A DNA stretch of 63,933 nucleotides, filler included, from Octopus bimaculoides (Eukaryota): NCBI RefSeq assembly GCF_001194135.2. It is 6 parts of 5 records of this genome, joined end to end, with 100 filler letters (N's around TTAATTAATTAA, not from the genome) between each part and the next. Parts side by side here need not be neighbours in the genome. Positions count along the whole stretch, not along the records: positions 1 to 21,150 come from NC_068994.1; positions 21,251 to 32,192 come from NC_069010.1; 4 more parts are not named here. One strand, 5' to 3'. Below, piece after piece: positions 13,140-25,186 of the stretch. The notes under the pieces are model-generated. The model searched no databases and was not told the DNA's origin. It saw only the letters and a program-made list of their open reading frames with translations. Numbering within the stretch: position 1 is the stretch's first letter; every line of letters begins with the position of its first letter. Both the position numbers and the translations under genes were made by a program.

Positions 13140-13184
13140 CATAGGGATCGCTACCGACACAGGAAGAATCCTCTTTCCCTCCAT
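13140..13184 (-). CDS. Candidate upstream exon (MEGKRILPVSVAIPM) that could splice in frame to the HOPX-like exon
   Basis: Consensus donor ATG|GTAAGT at 13140/13139. The acceptor ctatcag| at 10113/10112 keeps frame (19 codons SVQHLSSELIPEQATKEAE before the Met at 10055). No homology support; inference only. Confidence 0.3.
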
Positions 13185-13901
13185 TTCTGAAACAATAATA
13201 TTTCTGTGCGCAATACTTCTCGGAGGAAGTCTTCACATTTTCTTTTCGATATTTCTCACCCATTTCTAAGCAGATGATATTACTACCTTTAATTCCCCAA
13301 TAACCTTTCACACACAAGCGTCATCGACATTCGACCTAGACACCTCGTGCCAAACTTCATTGATTACAGTAACTTCGACAAAATCCACCAGTTACGTCAT
13401 ACATCATACCTATCCTATCTCGTGCAACAGAGCAAAAATGCAATCACTTCACATCCCAAGAAAACGTTGCATCATCGCGAGTCTTGCGAAAGTCACAGCG
13501 CAATCCCTTCCTCTCTAGACAAATCCATGGCGTTCTGCGTTCTGTCCCATTGTATAATACCTTGGGGTGGGTGTCTTCTACTATAGCCTCGGATTGACCA
13601 ACGCCTCGTGAATGGAATTTGGTGGAGAAAAACTGCGCAAAAGCTCATCGTATATGAGTATTTGTGTGTGTGAATCTGTTAACGGTTATATCGGCCTAAA
13701 GGAAATAAAAAGTTTGTTACAGTAGTATATTGTCTTTTATCTTATTGATAGAACATGTGTCAGACTAAAATAAGTAGTTAGGTCGATGATATCGACAATA
13801 CGATTGACAGCAGTGCTATACAATGGCTGCTGTCCAATGAATGAAATCAATAAAAATAATAAAAAGTAATTTAAAAGCGCATGTGTATGTGTGCGTGTGC
13901 G

Positions 13902-13946
<45 letters not shown>

Positions 13947-14432
13947 NNNNNNNNNNNNNNNNNNNNNNNNNNNNNNNNNNNNNNNNNNNNNNNNNNNNNN
14001 TTTTTTTTTTTTTTTTGTGGGATCCAGAGACGGCAAACGGAAGGGCGGCCTCGGGTTGCACACGATCTAGCTACGCTAGTGAATGGAAAATAAAAAAAGA
14101 AAACAATCCCTCAAAATCTGAAACTACAAGAATTTGGAGTGTGAAAACTGTAAAAGTTGTGCCTGTAATAATTGGTGCTTTGGAAATTGTAAGTAAAGAT
14201 ATAGACTAATGGTTGAAGGAGATTGGAATAGAGTGTCATGTAGAGCTTCTACTGAAAGTTTGCCTCTTAACGACAGGAAAAATTATCAGGGGGGTTTTAA
14301 GCACTTGAAAAACTATTGAAAGCATGTGGATACCTAAGGTTACAGGTAGTATTACTATGTGGATAGCGGTTACCAGCGTAGAAACCGCTGTCCACATAAA
14401 TTCTATCAGAAATAAGAACGAACCCGCGTCAA

Positions 14433-14468
<36 letters not shown>

Positions 14469-15449
14469 CCTTTCTACTCTATGCACAAGGACTGGAATCT
14501 GGGGTGGGGTGGGTCTAGTCGATTACAGCGACCTCAGTGCGTAACTGGTGCTTATTTCATCGAACCCGAAAGGATGAAAGGCAAAGTCGACTTCAGTGGA
14601 GTTTGAACGCAGAACGTAAAGACGAACAAAACGCCGCTAAGCATTTTGCCCGGTATGCTAACGATTCTGCCAGCTCGCAACGTAACAATAANNNNNNNNN
14701 NNNNNNNNNNNNNNNNNNNNNNNNNNNNNNNNNNNNNNNNNNNNNNNNNNNNNNNNNNNNNNNNNNNNNNNNNNNNNNNNNNNNNNNNNNNNNNNNNNNN
14801 NNNNNNNNNNNNNNNNNNNNNNNNNNNNNNNNNNNNNNNNNNNNNNNNNNNNNNNNNNNNNNNNNNNNNNNNNNNNNNNNNNNNNNNNNNNNNNNNNNNN
14901 NNNNNNNNNNNNNNNNNNNNNNNNNNNNNNNNNNNNNNNNNNNNNNNNNNNNNNNNNNNNNNNNNNNNNNNNNNNNNNNNNNNNNNNNNNNNNNNNNNNN
15001 NNNNNNNNNNNNNNNNNNNNNNNNNNNNNNNNNNNNNNNNNNNNNNNNNNNNNNNNNNNNNNNNNNNNNNNNNNNNNNNNNNNNNNNNNNNNNNNNNNNN
15101 NNNNNNNNNNNNNNNNNNNNNNNNNNNNNNNNNNNNNNNNNNNNNNNNNNNNNNNNNNNNNNNNNNNNNNNNNNNNNNNNNNNNNNNNNNNNNNNNNNNN
15201 NNNNNNNNNNNNNNNNNNNNNNNNNNNNNNNNNNNNNNNNNNNNNNNNNNNNNNNNNNNNNNNNNNNNNNNNNNNNNNNNNNNNNNNNNNNNNNNNNNNN
15301 NNNNNNNNNNNNNNNNNNNNNNNNNNNNNNNNNNNNNNNNNNNNNNNNNNNNNNNNNNNNNNNNNNNNNNNNNNNNNNNNNNNNNNNNNNNNNNNNNNNN
15401 NNNNNNNNNNNNNNNNNNNNNNNNNNNNNNNNNNNNNNNNNNNNNNNNN

Positions 15450-15791
15450 GATCCGATCAACAGAACAGCCTGCTCGTGAAATTAACGTGCAAGTGGCTGA
15501 GCACTCCACAGACACGTGTACCCTTAACGTAGTTCTCGGGGATATTCAGCGTGACACGGTGTGACAAGGCTGACCCTTTGAATTACAGGCACAACAGAGA
15601 CAGGAAGTAAAAGTGAGAGAAAGTTGTGGTGGAAGAGTACAGCAGGGTTCATCACCATCCCCTGCCGGAGCCTCGTGGAGCTTTAGGTGTTTTCGCTCAA
15701 TAAACACTCACAACGCCCGGTCTGGGAATCGAAACCGCGATCCTATGACCGCTAGTCCGCTGCCCTAACCACTGGCCCATTGCGCCTCCAC
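15450..15791 (-). mobile_element. tRNA(Arg)-derived SINE (same family); tail runs into a gap
   Basis: Reverse complement of the 19788 and 42145 copies. Confidence 0.88.
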
Positions 15792-17364
15792 GGTCCGGAA
15801 GTAACAGCAGGTATTAAACATACCGTGTCCTACGAGTTTTACTGCCTGCCACATGTATGCTTGTGTGTGTGTGTGTGTGTGTAGAAAAGCATACGCAAGA
15901 TCTCATAGATATATCTTAGAAAGAAACGCTGATACCTTATTGAATACACCATTACCAAGAAGATACATAAACCTCATGCTCAGCTCACTCGCACAGTGAG
16001 AGTAACTGAGCGGGGGACATTTAAACTGGCTGAATTTATATACGTGTGCCCCTTACGACGTTCAAGTGAACCAAACCACAAGTGATTCAGTTACTGCAAG
16101 CGTAACAATTCTGATATTTATAAAATAATAATAATAATTCTTTCTACTATAGGTACAAGGCCTGAAATTTGGGGGAAAGCATGTAGTCGATTACCCCAGT
16201 GTGTAACTGGTACTTAGTTTATCGGCTCCCGAAAGGATGAAAGACAAAGTCGACTTTTGCGGAATTTGAACTCAGAACGTAGCAGCAGACGAAATACCAC
16301 TAAGCATTTCGTCCAGTGTGCTAATGCTTCTGCCATTATAATTAAAAAAAAGGTACCATCATTTTGTTAAAATATTGACACACTAGACTACTTAAAAAAT
16401 GAGAGTCAGAAATACCAATATAGCTAAAGTTTTATACAAAGTAGAATAGTATATATGGTAGGCAAATTCATTATGTAAAAGATAGGCACTGGGTCAAGAC
16501 TAAAAATGTGAACACTTGGCAATAACTTAGGCAACAACGCAAGCAAATTTTTCTGTGAATTTGTTGTTTTAGGTAGATTTTACTGTAATATATAACTAAT
16601 TTTTGTATTATCCTATTTATTGTACTATCTAATTATGTACTACTATTATTTTTTATAACCTATTTTCAAATTTCTAATTATTAATTAATAATTGCAAAAA
16701 TGAATTTTTTTTAAAGTGCAAAAAATATTTTGAGTATTTTTTTTAATAGAAGTAACAAGCAATAACAAATATAAGTAATAACTTGTAATAACATTTTTAG
16801 TTTTAATAAAAGCTAATATTTTCTAAATCTAAATATTTTATTTGAAATTTTATCCTTAGCTGCAAGATTTTAAGTAAAAAATTTCTTGTTCTGTACTTTA
16901 CCAGATGTAATAGGTTGTTCTGAACTCCTCCAAGTGTAATAACTTGTCCTGTAATTTTCCAGGTTCATAATCTTAAGAATATTACTTCTCTTGTTCACAT
17001 TTTTCCATGTAATATATATGTGTGCGCACGCGCGCGTGTGCGTGGAGTCACATGACCTAGTGATTAGAGCAGCTGATTCGCGGTCGAAGGATAGCGGGTT
17101 CGAATTTCAGGCCGGGTGATGTGTGTGTGTTTGTTGTGAGCGAAGTACCTAAGTTCCACGCAGCACCGGAAGAAAGTTATGGCGAACTTCTGCTGACTCT
17201 TTTGCCAGAACTTTCTCTCGCCCTTTCCTCCTGCATCTAGCAGCTCACCTGCGACGGATCGATGTCCCATCTAGCTATACACTAATGAAACCGAGAAACT
17301 GGCCCTTATGAGCCAGGCATGGCTCGAGAAGGAACAAACAACAACAATATATATAGATATATAT

Positions 17365-17564
17365 ACACTTTTATTTGTTTCAGTCATTTGACTTTGGCCA
17401 TGCTGGAGCATCGCCTTTAGTCGAGCAAATCGACCCCAGGACTTATTCTTTGTAAGCCTAGTACTTATTCAATTGGTCTCTTTTGCCGAACCGCTAAGTT
17501 ACGGAGACGTAAACCCACAAACATCGGTTGTCAAGCGATGGTGGGAGGACACAGACACACAAAC

Positions 17565-17602
<38 letters not shown>

Positions 17603-17762
17603 ATACGACGGGCTTCTTTCAGTTTCCGTCTACCAAATCCACTCACAAGGCTTTGGTCGGCCCGAAGCTAGAGTAGAAGACACTTGCCCAAGGTGCTACG
17701 CAGTGGGACTGAACCCGGAACCATGTGGTTGGTGAGCAAGCTACTTACCACACAGCCATTCC
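17365..17762 (-). mobile_element. SINE family A, near-complete copy
   Basis: Reverse complement of 3258-3677, including the internal microsatellite. Confidence 0.85.
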
Positions 17763-18432
17763 TTTTTCAATAATGGATCTCGAAACAGATAATTAATCTA
17801 TAAATAATAGCATGTGAATATTGGGTTGGAAAAACGTTTTTGGATAGAAAAAAGTTGAAGACTGTCCATCAACAATGTGTGTGTGCGCGCGCGCGTGTAC
17901 GTGTTTGTGTGTATGTGTTTGCGTGTGTGCTTATGTGTCTGTATTTATTTATGTATGTGTATGTACGTACGTATGTACGTCAATATGTATACCCACATAC
18001 ACATACACGCACACACACATGCAAACACATACAGACGCACGCACCTGCACATTCCAAGCGCCAGTCATCTGTGATGTAGGGATGAAATACTCTTGTGTAG
18101 AGACAAACATTCTTCTTCAAGTATTTCGCTGGAATGTTATCTTGTCCAGAAAAATTTCCTGTCTTTCGACGCTATGAAAGTAGCGACTAACTTCAACAAA
18201 GGCCGATGGTTCATCGAGGCGATGGATGACTGGAATTCCTCAAATTCCTCAGTCACTGCTGAATTCACTAACTTAAAAAGCTGGTTGAAGTGTTCTTCTT
18301 TCCTCAACTCACCACTAAAGCTGAGTGATCTTTCAGTACAACTGTGTCGGTTGATGATACGATTACTGTCATGGAATAATTCCCGGTACCCTAGGGGATC
18401 TTTATGGGCGTGTAGAAAGTGTGTATGTAATG

Positions 18433-18974
18433 GGTGCCACTTTAGCGGGCGTTCTACCTGACCATTTACACTTTAGCGTACGGTCTAACCCTAAACCTAA
18501 ATCCTAACCTTATCTCTGAACCCTAACTCTGACTCTGAACTCTAATCCTAACCCCAAACCAAAACCTTAACCCTAACCTAATCCTAACACTAAGCTCTAA
18601 CCCTAAACCCTAACCTTAACCTTAAACCTTAACACCTAATCTTAACCTTAACCCTAACCCCTAAGCCCTAAACCTAAACCCTAAGCCCTAACCTTAACCT
18701 TATCCATACTCTAAACTCAACCCTAAATCCTAATCCAATCCTAACCCTAACTCTAATCCCGAACTCTAACCTAAACCCTAAACTTAAACATTAACCCTAA
18801 GCTCTAACCCTAACCTTAAGCTCTAAACCTAAACCCTAACCGTAATCCTAAACCTTAACACCTAATCCTAACCTTAACAATACCCTAGCCTCAACCCTAA
18901 ATCGTAACCCAGATCAGGTCATTTCACAGTGTCCACTACAGATACTGTAGTCGGCCGCACTCTAAAATAGCACC
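18433..18974. mobile_element. Inverted-repeat-bounded element with a degenerate (CCCTAA)n core (Helentron/HINE-like or MITE)
   Basis: 19-bp imperfect IRs at 18433-51 and 18956-74; hairpin ACTACAG-ATA-CTGTAGT at 18935-51; about 420 bp of degenerate telomere-like hexamers at about 18486-18910. Confidence 0.55.
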
Positions 18975-19394
18975 GTGTCTTGTCTGTTTGCCTGCATCTA
19001 GATTTCTTGAGTTTGTAGTGGATACATTTCCCACAAGCTTTTACATACCACCATCTTTTCAGGACATGAAGGATAAACTGAATCTTGCCTTACTCCGAAG
19101 AGCTCGCCACTGCTTATTAAACGTGTGATTTCTCAGTATTGCTCTATGGAGTCTTGTGCATATAATTCAGTGGCCTAACCATTGTTAATGAGAGTTCTGG
19201 AGTTCTCCTGGAACGAATCTTGGGGGAGGAAGGGTCTGTTTTTTTTTGTGTGTGTGTGGTTTTTTTTTTGGGGGGGGGGAGGCATCTTCAATTTACTTCA
19301 GATTGTAGCATCATAGAGTATGTAGAACTTCAGGAAGATAATTTTTTATCGATATCATCCGCCGAGAAGATGAGTCTCTGAAACTTTCAGTTCC

Positions 19395-19445
<51 letters not shown>

Positions 19446-19787
19446 CTACTCGATGACATACATGAAATACGATTAACGCTTACGAAGTCATGCTGCAGTG
19501 GATGTTTTTGAGCGTTTTGCACTCATCATAATGGATTAACATTTCATCCTTATCTGTGACATATTAAATGCTTCTAAATACTAAAAATGTCTTATCTTAT
19601 ACAACTAATCGTAGTCTTTATTGTTGTTCTTGCTACTGCTGTTGTTGTTGTCATCATCATTTTGTTGTCATTGTTGGTTTGTTCAATGTCCAGATCTGAC
19701 TGAGCAAACCTATAATCAAAGACCTTCTAGCTGTGACCATCCCGTCTTGAGATTTTTTTTTTTTTAGCAGAGAGTACGTTGTTCATA

Positions 19788-20139
19788 GTGGAGGCGCAAT
19801 GGCCCAATGGTTAGGGCAGCGGACTCGCGGTCATAGGATCGCGGTTTCGATTCCCAGACCTGGCGTTGTGAGTGTTTATTGAGCGAAAACACCTAAAGCT
19901 CCACGAGGCTCCAGCAGGGGATGGTGGCGAACCCTGCTGTACTCTTTCACCACAACTTTCTCTCACTCTTACTTCCTGTTTCTGTTGTGCCTGTAATTCA
20001 AAGGGTCAGCCTTGTCACACCGTGTCACGCTGAATATCCCCGAGAACTACGTTAAGGGTACACGTGTCTGTGGAGTGGTCAGCTGTTCCATTGATCGGAT
20101 TAACTGGAACTCTCGACGTCGTAAGCGACGGAGTGCCAA
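19788..20139 (+). mobile_element. tRNA(Arg)-derived octopus SINE (OR-type) with TSD
   Basis: Head GTGGAGGCGCAATGGCCCAATGGTTAGGGCAGCGGACTCGCGG...GGTTTCGATTCCC with A and B boxes; 11-bp TSD ACGTTGTTCAT at 19776-86 and 20140-50. Inserted into an older repeat. Confidence 0.9.
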
Positions 20140-21319
20140 ACGTTGTTCATTGTGACCGTTTATATTTCAGATGGTAGAATGTAATTTGTTAGGATTTGGC
20201 TCGTCTTTTTAGCAAGTTAAACAGCCATCCAGTAGCTCCTTCGTTATCTCTTCTTGTTACTTAGAAATTCTAGACTTATAAAGATTCCTTCAATTATCTT
20301 CCATCATTTGATATCTTTTAACTTCAAAGTAAGGTTTTGGCAACACGTGGGCCGTTAAAGTCTCCTCTGCTAACTTACTTTTTTACTCTTTTACTTGTTT
20401 CAGTCATTTGACTGCGGCCATGCTGGAGCACTGCCTTTAGTCGAGCAAATCGACCCCAGGACTTATTCTTTGGAAGCCTAGTACTTATTCTATTCTATCG
20501 GTCTATTTTGCCGAACCGCTAAGTCACGAGGGCGTAAACACACCAGCATCGGTTGTCAAGAGATGTTGGGAGGGCAAACACAGACACACAAACACATACA
20601 CACACATATATATATATATATATATACATATATATACATATATAACATATATACGACGGGCTTCTTTCAGTTTTCCGCCTACCAAATCCACTCACAAGGC
20701 TTTGGTCGACTCGAGGCTAAAGTAGAAGACACGTGAGTACGTGTTTGCGTGTGTGCTTATGTGTCTGTGTATCTAATTATGTATGTGTATGTACATACGT
20801 ATGTACGTCAATATGTATACCCACACACGCACACGCACACGCACACGCACACATGCAAAAACATATATACGACGGGCTTCTTTCAGTTTTCCGCCTACCA
20901 AATCCACTCACAAGGCTTTGGTCGGCCCGAGGCTATAGTAGAAGACACTTGCCCAAGGTGCCACGCAGTGGCACTGAACCCGAAACTATGTGGTTGGTAA
21001 GCAAGCTACTTACCACACAGCCACTCCTGCGCCTATAAAACTTCGGAACTTTTCTAAAATTTTTCAATTTTATTATACTTGTGGACTACTAAGCTGCTGG
21101 TAATTGCTTTTAAATAGTATTTTGTTTCAGGATGTGTTTAATTTTGATTCNNNNNNNNNNNNNNNNNNNNNNNNNNNNNNNNNNNNNNNNNNNNTTAATT
21201 AATTAANNNNNNNNNNNNNNNNNNNNNNNNNNNNNNNNNNNNNNNNNNNNCAGTATTTAACAAAATAGGTTTATTGTCAATTAAAAGATTTCGATTAAAA
21301 AATATATATAAAATCAAAT

Positions 21320-21409
21320 TACCCATAAAAAGTATTTGCTGTCCACGGACCCCCTTTCTTGTCCTTGCGGACCCCCTGTGGTCCACGGACCACAGTTTGA
21401 AAACCCCTG
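21320..21409. mobile_element. Terminal fragment of a hAT MITE
   Basis: Ends GTCCACGGACCACAGTTTGAAAACCCCTG (reverse complement CAGGGGTTTTCAAACTGTGGTCCGTGGAC), a Charlie-like terminus. Confidence 0.55.
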
Positions 21410-21562
21410 CTATAGCGAATTGTATGCTTGAGACATAGCCGACCTCACGCACTTCTCATGAGGAATTCCAGAAGGGCTTCGTGAGACCACTGCTGAGACG
21501 CTTCTAGAACACAAAAAAATCGTTGGAAAACCGATTATAGCAGTGACTCAATCAATTCCTAG

Positions 21563-21605
21563 GAATATCTGAAGAAGGAATTTTTATATTCCGAAATATT
21601 ATATC
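21563..21605 (+). ncRNA. Possible very minimal hammerhead motif
   Basis: GAAUAU-CUGAAGA-A-GGAAU-UUUUAU-AUUCC-GAAAU-AUU^AUAUC. Good stem II; stem III has no loop and stem I is short with a bulge. Confidence 0.35.
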
Positions 21606-21719
21606 AGACCATGGATGATTAAATTATAACAATTATTATAGTCCACTCTGCATTGTTGTGCCATTCAAAACACATTCTTTTTTACAAACAATGCACAATG
21701 CTTCAAGCAAACTACAATA

Positions 21720-22118
21720 CTCTCATATACATCATCATCATCATCATCATCATCATCATTAACGTCCGCTTTCCATGCTAGCATGGGTTGGATGATTTGA
21801 CTGAGAAATGGTGAAACCAGATGGCTACACCAGGCTCCAAGCTGATTTGGCAGAGTTTCTACAGCTAAAAGCCCTTCCAAACGCCAATCACTCTGAGAGT
21901 GTAGTGGGTGCTTTTATGTGCCAGCGGCACGAAGGCCAGTTAGGCGGTACTGGCGATGGCTACGCTCAAAATGGTGTATTTTACGTGCCACAATATATAT
22001 AGCCATATCGTTGCCGGTGCCCCTGGACTGGCTCTTGTGCGGGTGACACATGAAATGCACCATTTTGAGCGTGACCGTTGCCAGTGCCGCCTGGCTGGCC
22101 TTCGTGGGATTTTCGAGC
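21720..22118 (-). mobile_element. LINE-tail-like (RTE-type) repeat with a (GAT)n tail and an internal 64-bp inverted repeat
   Basis: (ATC)n followed by TTAACGTCCGCTTTCCATGCTAGCATGGGTTGGA, a common RTE-related 3' end in reverse; IR arms at 21928-21991 and 22043-22106. Confidence 0.55.
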
Positions 22119-24411
22119 NNNNNNNNNNNNNNNNNNNNNNNNNNNNNNNNNNNNNNNNNNNNNNNNNNNNNNNNNNNNNNNNNNNNNNNNNNNNNNNNNN
22201 NNNNNNNNNNNNNNNNNNNNNNNNNNNNNNNNNNNNNNNNNNNNNNNNNNNNNNNNNNNNNNNNNNNNNNNNNNNNNNNNNNNNNNNNNNNNNNNNNNNN
22301 NNNNNNNNNNNNNNNNNNNNNNNNNNNNNNNNNNNNNNNNNNNNNNNNNNNNNNNNNNNNNNNNNNNNNNNNNNNNNNNNNNNNNNNNNNNNNNNNNNNN
22401 NNNNNNNNNNNNNNNNNNNNNNNNNNNNNNNNNNNNNNNNNNNNNNNNNNNNNNNNNNNNNNNNNNNNNNNNNNNNNNNNNNNNNNNNNNNNNNNNNNNN
22501 NNNNNNNNNNNNNNNNNNNNNNNNNNNNNNNNNNNNNNNNNNNNNNNNNNNNNNNNNNNNNNNNNNNNNNNNNNNNNNNNNNNNNNNNNNNNNNNNNNNN
22601 NNNNNNNNNNNNNNNNNNNNNNNNNNNNNNNNNNNNNNNNNNNNNNNNNNNNNNNNNNNNNNNNNNNNNNNNNNNNNNNNNNNNNNNNNNNNNNNNNNNN
22701 NNNNNNNNNNNNNNNNNNNNNNNNNNNNNNNNNNNNNNNNNNNNNNNNNNNNNNNNNNNNNNNNNNNNNNNNNNNNNNNNNNNNNNNNNNNNNNNNNNNN
22801 NNNNNNNNNNNNNNNNNNNNNNNNNNNNNNNNNNNNNNNNNNNNNNNNNNNNNNNNNNNNNNNNNNNNNNNNNNNNNNNNNNNNNNNNNNNNNNNNNNNN
22901 NNNNNNNNNNNNNNNNNNNNNNNNNNNTATATATAAAAAATTAAGGTACTCAAATATATATATTATTATTATTATTATTGTTGTTGAAAGAATAGTTAGT
23001 GTTAATAATATCAATGTTATTATTTTCATTAAGTGGATTTATATTTAACCACTTATTGTTGTGTGAGGAGATGATTTCTGAAAGGATTTTGGTGTTTGAA
23101 AACCTAATTCTGGGAAAATTCTTTTACGTACACCTTCACGAAACTGGTGAGGAAGGTTGGATTCGATCCGCTTACCATATGGAATTATCAACCAAACAGT
23201 TTTGCTAGGACATACCTTGTTGTAAGAATAATTTACTTTAAAAGTCCTAGATTTGTACCTTTATAACGAAAAAAAAAAAAAGGTTTTGAACGTTTATCTC
23301 CCTTACACTGTAAAATCAACTTTTTCGACGTAGCGTTGTTACTTGAACTAAAATTTGTATTTTTATGCCATGATTTCATGTTCTCTGTTAGTCAGGACGT
23401 GAAATATATATACGCGTACATACATACATACATATATATGTACATACATGTATATAATATATATATACATATAGATACATACATACATATATAAGAAGAA
23501 GAAGAATAAATGGAACAAAACGCATATAAACAATAAATTTACAGATATATATATATATATNNNNNNNNNNNNNNNNNNNNNNNNNNNNNNNNNNNNNNNN
23601 NNNNNNNNNNNNNNNNNNNNNNNNNNNNNNNNNNNNNNNNNNNNNNNNNNNNNNNNNNNNTATCTCACTGGACCCATGCAAGAGATGAGTTCTCTGAAAG
23701 GGTCTTTTGAGTGAATAAACAACCCTTACAATTGTATCTGCCGTGAAACTATAAATGAGTATTCTCATTGATCCGATTAATGGAACAGCCTGCCGTGAAA
23801 CTATAAATGAGTATTCTCATTGATCCGATAAATGGAACAGCCTGCTCGTGAAACTAACGTGCAAGTGGCTGAGCACCCCACTGACACGTGTACCCTTAAT
23901 GTAGTTCTGTGGGAGAATTCAGCATAATTTAGAATGCAACAGGGATGGTCCCTTTAGAATTACAGGTGCGACTCATTTTTGTCAGCTGAGTGGACTGGAG
24001 CAATGAGAAGTTTAGGGTCTTGCTCAGGGACACAACATGCCGCCAGGAATTGAACTCTCGACCTTACGATCCTGACCAAATACCGTAACTACTAAGCCAC
24101 ATGTCTTCCCAAAATCAAGGGATGATTAAAACAAGGAATTTCAAAGGTCTGGTTTTTATAGACACAGGTCAATCAATGACCACTTCCTGGGTCTAAGATA
24201 TCGAGCCCTTTTTTATTTCCATACATCAAAACTTGCTGACCCCTGTGTAAGGCCCTATGGGCACTCCCATACTTTCTATTACCTCTTTATAGCCCCTTAT
24301 ATCATATTATCATTGACGACCCTGAAGTTGAAGGTCAGCTTTTCCAAGATTAGGGACTTTAATCTAACATTATATACATTTGCACAGAAATGCAGTAATT
24401 GTATCTGGTAT

Positions 24412-24444
<33 letters not shown>

Positions 24445-24482
24445 CAGGTGCACGTACTGTGTATGTGTGCATATATATGTAA

Positions 24483-24521
<39 letters not shown>

Positions 24522-24917
24522 TATATNNNNNNNNNNNNNNNNNNNNNNNNNNNNNNNNNNNNNNNNNNNNNNNNNNNNNNNNNNNNNNNNNNNNNNNNNN
24601 NNNNNNNNNNNNNNNNNNNNNNNNNNNNNNNNNNNNNNNNNNNNNNNNNNNNNNNNNNNNNNNNNNNNNNNNNNNNNNNNNNNNNNNNNNNNNNNNNNNN
24701 NNNNNNNNNNNNNNNNNNNNNNNNNNNNNNNNNNNNNNNNNNNNNNNNNNNNNNNNNNNNNNNNNNNNNNNNNNNNNNNNNNNNNNNNNNNNNNNNNNNN
24801 NNNNNNNNNNNNNNNNNNNNNNNNNNNNNNNNNNNNNNNNNNNNNNNNNNNNNNNNNNNNNNNNNNNNNNNNNNNNNNTCATTCATATATACATATATAT
24901 ATATGTATATATTCATT

Positions 24918-25186
24918 CATTTTTTATTTCCGTTTATTATTGTGGGGTTGGTTATTTTACATTTTTTGTTTTTGCATGAGAAAGGTTCAAGTAATCCATT
25001 AGGATTAAATAGGGATTTAGATAAAATTCCTTTTCATCATTATCATAGTTATAAAGATATTTTAGGGTTTCTTGTAATGTTATTTGCTTTAATTGAATTA
25101 AGATTGTTGTTTCCAAATATATTGGGTGATGCTGAAAATTTTATTCCTGCTAATCCTTTAGTTACTCCTATTCATATTAAACCTGA
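24918..25186 (+). pseudogene. CYTB: NUMT: mitochondrial cytochrome b fragment (about 90 codons)
   Basis: [40 protein letters not shown]...KDILGF...[15 protein letters not shown](E). AGG/AGA at Ser positions fit the invertebrate mitochondrial code. Ends abruptly at the PEW motif and is flanked by nuclear (TA)n and repeat sequence. Confidence 0.93.

Noticed and set aside
16380-16960. Very AT-rich segment considered as a mitochondrial rRNA NUMT or a Ulp1-like protease fragment (QIHYVKDRHWV)
   Set aside because: No conserved 12S or 16S motifs were seen, and the peptide similarity is too short, is interrupted by stops and lacks the catalytic Cys motif.
19788-19862. tRNA-Arg(TCG)-like sequence (also at 42145, 15720-15791 and 27950-28022)
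   Set aside because: It continues into a shared SINE body of about 300 bp with TSDs and lacks a proper acceptor stem; it is a SINE head, not a tRNA gene.
22929-23050. AT-rich stretch encoding a hydrophobic peptide, considered as a second NUMT (ND6 or ATP8)
   Set aside because: No recognisable mitochondrial motifs; the hydrophobicity comes from an (ATT)n repeat.
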